A stretch of 64,000 bases of DNA from contig CBDBJS010000002.1 of assembly GCA_965206455.1 (NCBI GenBank), forward strand, positions 3,327,779 to 3,391,778, in the 5' to 3' direction. Under the pieces are notes generated by a model, which did not search any database, had not been told where the DNA came from, and was given only the letters and a program-made list of their open reading frames with translations. Both the position numbers and the translations under genes were made by a program. The DNA comes from Longimicrobiales bacterium. Its GTDB lineage: Bacteria; Gemmatimonadota; Gemmatimonadetes; Longimicrobiales; Gaopeijiaceae. This document shows, in pieces, positions 1 to 7,481 of the stretch. How positions within the stretch are numbered: position 1 is the stretch's first letter; every line of letters starts with the position of its first letter.

Positions 1-308
1 ATGTCCTCGCGGAAGCCCGAGGACGTTTCGGCGATTCAGACCTCGTGTTCCGGTCGGCTCGCGGGCAGGCGGTAACCAACGCCGTGTTGCTGAACGTCCT
101 CCCGCGTTGCGGTGTCGACGGCACGGTCCACGGATTCCGAACGTCGTTCAGGAGCTGGGCTGCGGAAGAGGGTGTGGACCGACAGGACGCGGAAATGGCG
201 CTCGCGCATGCCGTGAGGGGTGTCGAGGGGGCCTACCAGCGCAGCGACCTGCTGGAGAGACGGAGGATCGTTATGCAGGCGTGGACCGACTACGTTCGGA
301 ACAAATGA
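1..308 (+). CDS. Tyrosine recombinase (P4/phage-type integrase), C-terminal fragment; 5' end lies upstream of the window
   Basis: Frame is open from the window edge to the stop at 306-308. HGFRTSFRSW (His-x-x-Arg) and AYQRSDLLERRR (catalytic Tyr region) are hallmark C-terminal integrase motifs. Confidence 0.85.
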   Translation, partial: VLAEARGRFGDSDLVFRSARGQAVTNAVLLNVLPRCGVDGTVHGFRTSFRSWAAEEGVDRQDAEMALAHAVRGVEGAYQRSDLLERRRIVMQAWTDYVRNK

Positions 309-503
309 TTCCCGCTGCCGTCCACCGCAGTAGGACCACCCATTGACCGGGACCGCGATATTGGTCCGTCATGTTGCCAAGGCAACCCGTAGCTCGAAAG
401 GAACCCAAGCCCGTGACCGACGCACTGTTGTTCGGACAACCACCGCAAAGCGGAAATCTCCCACGCCTTCCTCGCTGCACTTGCGGCGAGGGACGGGTAC
501 TCC

Positions 504-908
504 ATGCAGCGGGGTCCAGACCCCGACGTGGACAGCATCGACGCAACGATTCGGAGTGGAACTCCACACCGGGACGTGATCGACGTCCAGTTGAAGGCGA
601 CGGCGACCCTCGACGAGAGGGAGGACGGACTCCACTTTCCTCTGAAGCGGAAAAACTACAACGATCTGGTGAGCCTCCGCGCAGTACCCTTGCTACTGAT
701 CGTCCTTGAACTCCCGACCAAGGAATCGGAGTGGGTGGATTGCACACCCGAGCGGCTGATCATCAGGAAGTGCGGGTGGTGGGTCTCGCTCGCCGGGCAA
801 GACCCGATGGATGCGGGATCCAGGACCATCGTGATACCTTCTTCTCAGCGCATCGGTGGCTCGGGGCTCGCACCGCTGTTCGCGCAGGTCCGGGAGGTGT
901 CGGCATGA
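504..908 (+). CDS. DUF4365-like PD-(D/E)xK-fold (restriction-endonuclease-like) protein; true N-terminus unresolved
   Basis: Longest canonical ORF is 134 aa. PDVDSIDATI ... VIDVQLKAT fits the D-x-GID ... Q-x-K core I associate with DUF4365. The same frame stays open back to 417 and encodes a plausible first helix (SDNHRKAEISHAFLAALAARDGYS) with no ATG/GTG/TTG. The start may therefore be GTG 413 plus a 1-nt frame disruption near 431. Confidence 0.6.
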   Translation: MQRGPDPDVDSIDATIRSGTPHRDVIDVQLKATATLDEREDGLHFPLKRKNYNDLVSLRAVPLLLIVLELPTKESEWVDCTPERLIIRKCGWWVSLAGQDPMDAGSRTIVIPSSQRIGGSGLAPLFAQVREVSA

Positions 909-2038
909 ACAGATTGACGAACGAAGTCACGCTGGCCAAGACTGTCGGCCTTCGCGCCGTCCATGCCTATCTGCGCACCAACGGCTGGGTCCGAGCCGAC
1001 TCGGCATGCCGGGACACGGCCGACATCTACCTGTGGCCGGAGGACGACAGGGAGGCCGCGATCGTGCCCGCGTCGGAGGAGTATGCCGATTTCGGCACCC
1101 GGATCTACCAGATCGCGGAACAGATCGGCCGGATCGAAGGGCGGAGGAGGTTGGCCGTACTCGCCGATCTCTCCATCGCCGACTCGGATCTCGTGCGCGT
1201 GCGGCTCCCCAATGCCCACGCGGACAACACCGTCCGACTCACTGATGGCGCAGCAGTGCTTGAAGAGGCGAAGAAACTCCTGCTGGCTGCGGCGTGCTCG
1301 GCGGACCGGCCTCAGCGCATGTATCGGTCGGGACGCAACAAGGCGGCGGCGGAGTACCTAGACCGGGTACGCTTAGGCCACACAGAGCCGGGCAGCTACG
1401 TGATCAACCTGCTTTCGCCAGTGGCTCCTTCGCTCCAGGGCACGCTACTGCCCGAAGAGCCATTTGAGCGCAGGGTCACGCGAAAGCTCGCCTCCGGTTT
1501 GCAGGCATCGAGAGAGGCGATGGACCGAGTCAACCGGGGTGTCGCAGACATTGACGAGTTCGAGAGTCGGTTGGGCGAGGGCATCAGTGCAAATCTATGC
1601 CGGTCTGTCGCGAGGCTCACCGAGACGGGGAAAGGTCTTGCGGTGTCCGTCAGCTGGGCCATGACGAGACCGGACCTGCTGGAGGTCGGACAACGGGTGG
1701 CAGTCGCTTTTCGGCCGCCAGATGTGGCTGTCCTTGACGAAGCCGCCCGCGTTCTTTCCGATCGCCAAGAGCGTACCGACGAGGAGATTGAGGGGTATGT
1801 CTCGCGGCTGACTCGGGACAAAACGGACCCGACGGGGACGGCTACCATCAAGGCATTTGTCGACGGGAAGGTAGCTTCCGTCCAAGCCGTCTTCGATTCG
1901 GCGGACTATAGGGAGATCACGCGTGCGCACGAAGCGCGCCTGAGCGTGTCGCTTGAAGGTGACCTTCACCGGGAGGGGCAACGGTGGCACCTTCGAAATC
2001 CTCGCGAGGTCACCGTGCTTGAGGATGAGGATGAGTAG
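905..2038 (+). CDS. Hypothetical 377-aa protein, translationally coupled partner of the DUF4365-like gene
   Basis: The ATG at 905 overlaps the upstream stop (ATGA 905-908). Coding-like composition over 1.1 kb, acidic C-terminal tail (VLEDEDE). No domain recognised by eye. Confidence 0.6.
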   Translation: MNRLTNEVTLAKTVGLRAVHAYLRTNGWVRADSACRDTADIYLWPEDDREAAIVPASEEYADFGTRIYQIAEQIGRIEGRRRLAVLADLSIADSDLVRVRLPNAHADNTVRLTDGAAVLEEAKKLLLAAACSADRPQRMYRSGRNKAAAEYLDRVRLGHTEPGSYVINLLSPVAPSLQGTLLPEEPFERRVTRKLASGLQASREAMDRVNRGVADIDEFESRLGEGISANLCRSVARLTETGKGLAVSVSWAMTRPDLLEVGQRVAVAFRPPDVAVLDEAARVLSDRQERTDEEIEGYVSRLTRDKTDPTGTATIKAFVDGKVASVQAVFDSADYREITRAHEARLSVSLEGDLHREGQRWHLRNPREVTVLEDEDE

Positions 2039-2175
2039 GGGACAATCGCGGCCGGCTTCCTGGAAGGCTGCTTAGGCCGAAGCATGGACCGACCCTTTTC
2101 CGACGAGGGTCGTGGCCGGAAGCCGATCAGATCCGGTGATCCGTCGCGGCCCCAGCGGCGCTCGATGGCTGTCCA

Positions 2176-2217
2176 GCGACAATCAAGGTGAGCGGCTTGC
2201 GACAATCAAGATGAGCG
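2176..2217. repeat. Two copies of a 19-nt direct repeat GCGACAATCAAG(G/A)TGAGCG, period 23 nt
   Basis: Copies at 2176-2194 and 2199-2217 differ at one position. They lie in the 465-nt non-coding gap between 2038 and 2504. Confidence 0.8.
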
Positions 2218-2503
2218 AGTGAGGTCGCGACGCTTCGAGTGGGGAACGATGGTGAGTTCGCGGAAATGGGGCAAGAGAGGGGCCGGGCTGCAAGCGGCAC
2301 GATCGGGATCAAGGGTGGGGTTTGCCGGGTGGGTTCGCGGGTCATCCGCCGCCCCGGCGCGGCGAGCGTAGCGAGCCGGGGCGGGGCGGCGGATGAGGAC
2401 CGGATTTCCCGAGGGGTGGAGGCAGGGCGGAGTGTGCCCGGCGGCGTCTACCGAGGAAGAAATCATTGAGGCATCTCCAGACCCTGAGCGAGCCAGGAAG
2501 AAA

Positions 2504-3064
2504 ATGAACTCGCCACGCAAGGTCATAGCGTACACCTCGCTAGCGATTCTCATTGTGTGGCTCATCACAGGTTTTGGTCGGACTCCATGGTTGCCTGCCA
2601 CGATCTGCTGGATGTGGTTCATCATGTGGGTGATGAAGCACCCCCTCGTAACGGCTCGGCGCTCCCCTATGTTCTGGCTATTCGCGTTCCTCGGACCTCC
2701 GGTACTGATGTACTTCTTTTCGACAGGATCTGAAGACGCTAGGTCAGCAATGTCTCATGATTCTCCTGTGATAGCACACATCCAATCTTGCGAGGGCAGT
2801 GTTGAGACCTGCCCGGTAACCACGAAGGCTGGTGTCTTGCGGAGCTTCCAGGGATGGCTACTGGTTCGTGATTCGAGCGCAGTCTACTGGATCAGGTCGG
2901 ATCATGTTCAGAGGATAGACGTATCTGACGAGGGTGGGTCTTCTTTTTCGGGCCTGATGTGCATATTTTTCGCCAAGTGCCTCGCCTCAGAGAAAGATCG
3001 CCCGTTGGCCACACCAACCACTGAGGAACCTCACGATGAATCCGAAGAGGGATTGGACCGTTGA
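2504..3064 (+). CDS. Hypothetical small membrane protein
   Basis: ATG 2504 is preceded by AGGAAG. Predicted TM helices are IAYTSLAILIVWLITGF, ICWMWFIMWVM and MFWLFAFLGPPVLMYFF, followed by a ~110-aa soluble tail. Visibly lower GC than neighbours. No family recognised. Confidence 0.45.
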   Translation: MNSPRKVIAYTSLAILIVWLITGFGRTPWLPATICWMWFIMWVMKHPLVTARRSPMFWLFAFLGPPVLMYFFSTGSEDARSAMSHDSPVIAHIQSCEGSVETCPVTTKAGVLRSFQGWLLVRDSSAVYWIRSDHVQRIDVSDEGGSSFSGLMCIFFAKCLASEKDRPLATPTTEEPHDESEEGLDR

Positions 3065-3170
3065 ACCCTCCAGCGCGCCGCTGGAATGCGAGTTCATCCG
3101 GCGGCGATCCTTCCAGACGCAGGGCTAGGCTCGCGCCGGGAGGTCTTTCAGTTCGAGGGCTGGTCCGGAC

Positions 3171-5951
3171 CTATCGACGGCGTCGCTTCGGTTTCTTGAT
3201 CCCGATGCCCAGGGGTGCTCGCATCTTCTCGTAGAGCATGAACAGATGCTCGGCGCGTTCGCGTTCCGAGGTGAACCCCGTCCGACGATAGAGCCGGTCC
3301 ACGGCGCGGTCGATGGTTTGGTGGGCGCGGCGGAGGGTAGGCGGCATCAGGTCCGGGTCGTAGAGGTCCGCCAACGTAGCATCGGGATAGGCGGTGCGAC
3401 CGTCGAGGACAGCCTGCGCCAATGACTCGAGTTTGGACGTGTTGGCGTCAGCGGGTGGCGTTGGGAAGGTGTTGTAGACGAGGCCGATGGAGTACCGGTA
3501 GTCGCTCTTGAGGCGTCCGCCGATGTGGCGTAGCCAGGCCATGTGCATGGCCGAGGTCAACAGCGCAAAGTCTGTCAGCGTTGCGTCGTTCAGAACGCGA
3601 ACGAGGTTGCTCGGGATCACCGGGGGTTCCAGCCAGCCAATCGGGACATACTCCCGCCGTTCCGAGCTGACCTCGGGGATCACCAAGAAGGGTGTGGTGG
3701 GGATAACCTCGACATTGTATCGGGTCGGGTAGTGGGCAAGCTGAAGCGTCTGCTTCCGCTTGCTGCGGGACCGGAACTCGCGAACGCGGGCGATCCGTTC
3801 CCGAACGCGGGGCATGCCCGCCAACACATTCGGGGGGGCTTCATGCAGCGCGAGAATCCAGCGGTGACGATTCCTGAGGTAATCCAGCGCGCCAACATAG
3901 GGCCGAATGAAAGGCTCCGCCGCGGGTTCCGCCGACAAGAACTCGTCGCGGGCTTCCTCGGACGGGAAGATGTACTGACCGTTGTCGATTGGCTGGGACC
4001 CACTGATCAGCTTCGGCAGCCCATTCAGCGGGGCGCTTTCCTCACAAACTGTAAGATTCGGGTCGGCCAGCCCGCCGGCCTCGAACAGGTACGGCGAGAG
4101 CACGGAGTGCTGGGATTCCTCTGGATCGCCGTTGATGTCGGGATAGCTGAACAGGCGCTTCCTGCCGGGCACCGCATCGCGGCCATCGAGTCCGAGGATG
4201 ACCACATGCACGTGGGCCTTTCCACGCGCGTCCGATCCCCACGCGAAGGTCCGGTGGGCAAAGGCGATCTCAAGCCCGCAGCGGTTGAACAGGATAGGCC
4301 AGAGCTGCGCTACTTGCTCTCCCTGGGTGATCGAATTGGTGGCGACGAAGCCGATCCGGGTCCCGGTGCCGCGCGCGTACTCTCCCGCCTTCATGAACCA
4401 CGCGGTCACGTAGTCGAGCGTACCTCCCGACCCGCCAAGGTCCGCGATCCTCCGCACCTGGGCGCGGTGGGCTTTGCTCTGGAACTTCGCACCTCCGAAG
4501 GGCGGATTGCCGAACACGAAGGCGCAGTCTTCTGGCCTCAGCAGTTCCGACCAGTCTGTTTCCAGCGCGTCCGCGTGGAGGATGTGCGGCGAAGTCTCAA
4601 GTGGAATCCGCGCATACGTCTGGCCGAACTCGAGGCTCAGCCGGTTGTTCATGATGTGGTCCATCATCCACAGCGCGGTCTCCGCGATGCGGACGGGAAA
4701 CTCGCCGATTTCGATCCCGTAGAACTGGTCCACGTCCACAACGGACAAGGTCTCGGCCAGTGCGTCGAGCTGCTTCTCGGGATAGATCTCCTTCAGAACC
4801 TCGATCTCCAGCCCCCGCAACTCGCGGTAGGCGATGATGAGAAAGTTTCCACACCCGCACGCGGGATCGAAGAAGGTCATCCGGCCGAGTCTCTCTTGAA
4901 ACCGCCGCAGATCGGCGCGGCGGCGGCTGTCCTTGCGGACCTTCAGGCGCTCGAACTTGGCGCGAAGGTCGTCCAGAAACAGCGGCTCGATCACCTTCAG
5001 GATATTCTTCTCGGTCGTGTAGTGCGCGCCCTGTTTGCGGCGGTCCGCCGGGTTCATGACCGATTGGAATAGCGCACCGAAGATTGCGGGCGAGATGTTC
5101 GACCAGTCGAAACGGCAGGCGTCGAGAAGCTTGTTCCGCATGGACGCGTCGAACGCCGGGATGCGCAGCGGCTCTTGAAACAGGTCACCGTTGACGTACG
5201 GAAACCGGGCCAGGTCCTCGTCGAGGGTCGCCGTCCGGTCATGATCCGGAGTGTTGAGGACCTGGAAGAGTTGGGCAAGCATCGGTCCGAGGTCCATGCC
5301 GTCCGCGCGAGTGCGGGACTCCAAGAAGTCAAACAGGATGTCGCGCGGCTCGAAGATGCCCGTGTCGTCGGCGAACAGGCAGAACACGATCCGCACAAGA
5401 AGTCGTTCCAGGTCGTGGCCTTGGTAGCCCGCGTCGTCGAGCGCGTCGTGGAGCCGCCCGACCAGCTCGGCGGCCTCGATGTTCGCCGGGTCCTGATCGC
5501 GGAACTTCCGGCGCTGGACGCCGAGGATGAAACCGAACGCCTCGACATGCGCGGGCAGGTCCGCGAGGGGGAAGACGACGACCTCCCGCTCGTCCAGATC
5601 GTGAAGCTCGAAGGTCTGGAAGTCGCTCACCAGGATGTAGCGCGGGCGGTCGCGCTCGGACAGCGCGTCGAAATACTCTCCGGCCTGTCCATAGGCCTTG
5701 CCGAGATCGCGCCCGGCGCTCTTCTGCTCGACGATGAGGACGCCCGGCCAGAACAGGTCGATGAAGCCCGACCGGTTATCGAGCTTGGCGACATGCTCCT
5801 CGTAGCGTGCGACGGATCGGCGGCGGACATCGAACACCTCGAAGAAGTCATTGTAGAAGCTCTGCGTCTCGCCCTTCTCGTATGCCGCGTCCCGCCATTC
5901 TTCGGCGAAGGATGCGGCGCGCACGCGCACCTCGTTCCAGGACAGGCGCAT
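3171..5951 (-). CDS. MmeI-like Type IIL (IIG) restriction-modification enzyme: fused endonuclease, N6-adenine methyltransferase and specificity domains
   Basis: 926 aa, collinear with MmeI as I remember it. It has an MRLSWNEVR start, the nuclease motif FIDLFWPGVLIVEQK (D...EXK), the SAM motif FFDPACGCGNFL, catalytic GNPPFGG, SITQGEQV, and C-terminal YRYSIGLVYNTFP. Confidence 0.9.
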   Translation of the reverse strand: MRLSWNEVRVRAASFAEEWRDAAYEKGETQSFYNDFFEVFDVRRRSVARYEEHVAKLDNRSGFIDLFWPGVLIVEQKSAGRDLGKAYGQAGEYFDALSERDRPRYILVSDFQTFELHDLDEREVVVFPLADLPAHVEAFGFILGVQRRKFRDQDPANIEAAELVGRLHDALDDAGYQGHDLERLLVRIVFCLFADDTGIFEPRDILFDFLESRTRADGMDLGPMLAQLFQVLNTPDHDRTATLDEDLARFPYVNGDLFQEPLRIPAFDASMRNKLLDACRFDWSNISPAIFGALFQSVMNPADRRKQGAHYTTEKNILKVIEPLFLDDLRAKFERLKVRKDSRRRADLRRFQERLGRMTFFDPACGCGNFLIIAYRELRGLEIEVLKEIYPEKQLDALAETLSVVDVDQFYGIEIGEFPVRIAETALWMMDHIMNNRLSLEFGQTYARIPLETSPHILHADALETDWSELLRPEDCAFVFGNPPFGGAKFQSKAHRAQVRRIADLGGSGGTLDYVTAWFMKAGEYARGTGTRIGFVATNSITQGEQVAQLWPILFNRCGLEIAFAHRTFAWGSDARGKAHVHVVILGLDGRDAVPGRKRLFSYPDINGDPEESQHSVLSPYLFEAGGLADPNLTVCEESAPLNGLPKLISGSQPIDNGQYIFPSEEARDEFLSAEPAAEPFIRPYVGALDYLRNRHRWILALHEAPPNVLAGMPRVRERIARVREFRSRSKRKQTLQLAHYPTRYNVEVIPTTPFLVIPEVSSERREYVPIGWLEPPVIPSNLVRVLNDATLTDFALLTSAMHMAWLRHIGGRLKSDYRYSIGLVYNTFPTPPADANTSKLESLAQAVLDGRTAYPDATLADLYDPDLMPPTLRRAHQTIDRAVDRLYRRTGFTSERERAEHLFMLYEKMRAPLGIGIKKPKRRRR

Positions 5952-6043
5952 CCGGCTACTCCGCCCGTGTACCGATCACGGGACGCGACCGCCCGCAGGC
6001 CGAATCGCCAGCGACCGCCGGATCGTACCCTAACTTCAATGCG

Positions 6044-6331
6044 CTACTGCGGGACCGCATCGCGTGCCCTCATGTCTTCCCGCCATCCGCGTGCCCTTCG
6101 GGCCTGTGCAAGCTCATAGCTCGCCTGCATTCGCATCCAGTGATCGGCCGTACCCCAGCCGAGGGCCTCCAACGCGAGCGCCATGTTGGCCGAGACACCC
6201 GCCTTGCCGTTCAGCAGTCGCGACATGGTCCCCCGCTCGCACCCAAGGCGGGTCGCCGTCTCGGTCACGTTCCAGCCGACCTCGTCCATGCTCTCGCGGA
6301 TCATTTCGCCCAGGTGCGGGGGGTTCAACAT
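6044..6331 (-). CDS. higA: HigA-family XRE helix-turn-helix antitoxin (no HigB partner present)
   Basis: MLNPPHLGEMIRE...TETATRLGCERGTMSRLLNGKAGVSANMALALE matches the HigA signature. The tracker ORF starts at GTG 6361; ATG 6331 is more likely. Confidence 0.8.
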   Translation of the reverse strand: MLNPPHLGEMIRESMDEVGWNVTETATRLGCERGTMSRLLNGKAGVSANMALALEALGWGTADHWMRMQASYELAQARRARGWREDMRARDAVPQ

Positions 6332-6357
6332 AGGACCCAGCCGGAACCGCTCAAGCT

Positions 6358-6750
6358 TCACGGGCTGGCACCGACCGATCCACTACTCGTTCCCTTCAAC
6401 GAGATATTGAGCCTCACCTGGTCGTATGGCACCCGCGGCACCAGCCTGCCGCGCTCTCCCCGCTGCAATTCCACAAGTCCGTAATGCGACATCGTTTTCA
6501 GGGTTCGTGAAAGGTTCGACTTGCTTCGCCCGGCCAGCGTTGCGAGCTCCGTGAGCGAGCGCGGTCGCTCACGGGCGATCAGTTCCAAGAGATGCCTGTT
6601 GTGCTCGGACAGCAACTTGGCGAAGCTCTCGATCGAGGTGAACCAAACCTTCGGCTCAGCTTTCGCAGGCGAGTGCTCCCCACGGGCGTTCGCCATAGTG
6701 CGCGCCTTCATCTGGTCGTAGCCGGCGATGCCGATCTTCAATGTCTTCAT
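6358..6750 (-). CDS. Winged-helix (MarR/ArsR-like, COG4190-type) regulator, probable antitoxin/regulator of the upstream small ORF
   Basis: MKTLKIGIAGYDQMKARTMA...LLELIARERPRSLTELATLAGRSKSNLSRTLKTMSHYGLVELQRGERG. From memory, this family sits downstream of small TumE-like toxin genes. Its ATG overlaps the upstream stop (ATGA 6747-6750). Confidence 0.75.
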   Translation of the reverse strand: MKTLKIGIAGYDQMKARTMANARGEHSPAKAEPKVWFTSIESFAKLLSEHNRHLLELIARERPRSLTELATLAGRSKSNLSRTLKTMSHYGLVELQRGERGRLVPRVPYDQVRLNISLKGTSSGSVGASP

Positions 6751-6956
6751 GGAATCAATCCTCTTTCTCGAAGCACTTGGTCCACTTCCGGCGTGTGCAG
6801 CGTCAACGAATAGCTGAGGCCGTGCGGCCGCTCCGGGGTCGCCTCGGTCTGCACCACGACGAACTTCACCCAGTGCCCCGTGTCGTCCACGAACAGCGTC
6901 TCGCCGTGAAGGTCGAGCAGTGTGTCAAGCCCGGGATCCCGGTCGGGTGTCGTCAT
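6747..6956 (-). CDS. Short TumE-like (DUF6516-type) toxin fragment, C-terminal half apparently missing
   Basis: 69 aa from ATG 6956 (the tracker uses TTG 6959). ERPHGLSYSLTLH resembles the central PHG(L/I)KYSL motif of ~100-110-aa toxins as I recall them. The ORF ends ~15 aa later, directly at the regulator start. Confidence 0.45.
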   Translation of the reverse strand: MTTPDRDPGLDTLLDLHGETLFVDDTGHWVKFVVVQTEATPERPHGLSYSLTLHTPEVDQVLRERGLIP

Positions 6957-6965
6957 CAAGATTGG

Positions 6966-6982
6966 TTATCATATCATGATAA
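6966..6982. promoter_or_regulatory. Perfect palindrome TTATCAT-ATC-ATGATAA, putative operator of the TA-like operon
   Basis: 7-bp arms with a 3-nt spacer, 10 nt upstream of the first start codon of the minus-strand operon. TA operons are typically autoregulated at such sites. Confidence 0.55.
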
Positions 6983-7481
6983 CTTGGGCAAGGTGTTGGG
7001 GTGAGACTGGGTGGCTAGCCTCGTGAGATCCGGACCACTCTCGCTTCCGAGGCCGTGCCCCCCGCCGGGTGAGCTGCCGCCGATAAACGCTCTGCGACTG
7101 CACTGCGGTCAGGCCCTCGGGGAGCAGATCGAGCGTCCGTGCCGGGGGATGGTCTGGCTCGCGGACTCAGTCGGAACCCTTGGGACATCCCCCTTGCCCT
7201 TCGTGCTTGACACAGCGTGAAGCGGGCTCTTCAATGGGATCGGCACGGAGGTTTAGGGGACGCAGCGGACCCGGTCTCATGCGACGCCTCGAGTCTGCCC
7301 GCCCGCCATTCGATCCAGCTTCCTTCGTTTCTGCGTACCAAAAGTGATACATCCATCGTCGCGATTCCCATATATCCATATTTAGAAACGAGTTACAACA
7401 TCACGAGCAACTCAATGCCGAAGTCGATCTTCTGATCCGCCCTCGCTGGGCAAGCCATTGCCCTCGTGGGTCGGTGCGCTC

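Noticed and set aside
2206-2625. 139-aa minus-strand ORF and the 76-aa ORF 2239..2469 in the 2.0-2.5 kb gap
   Set aside because: No SD or motif and poor composition. They overlap the better-supported membrane-protein gene start. The region was treated as non-coding.
3543-5072. 509-aa ORF on the plus strand
   Set aside because: It is antisense to the strongly supported MmeI-like gene. Its Arg/Gly/Pro/Ala-rich composition is typical of shadow ORFs in high-GC DNA, and it has no recognisable motif.
7011-7435. Several 69-72-aa ORFs in the 6.98-7.48 kb gap
   Set aside because: They are mutually overlapping with no motifs and an AT-rich 3' part. More likely this is the decayed island end or a promoter region of the TA operon.
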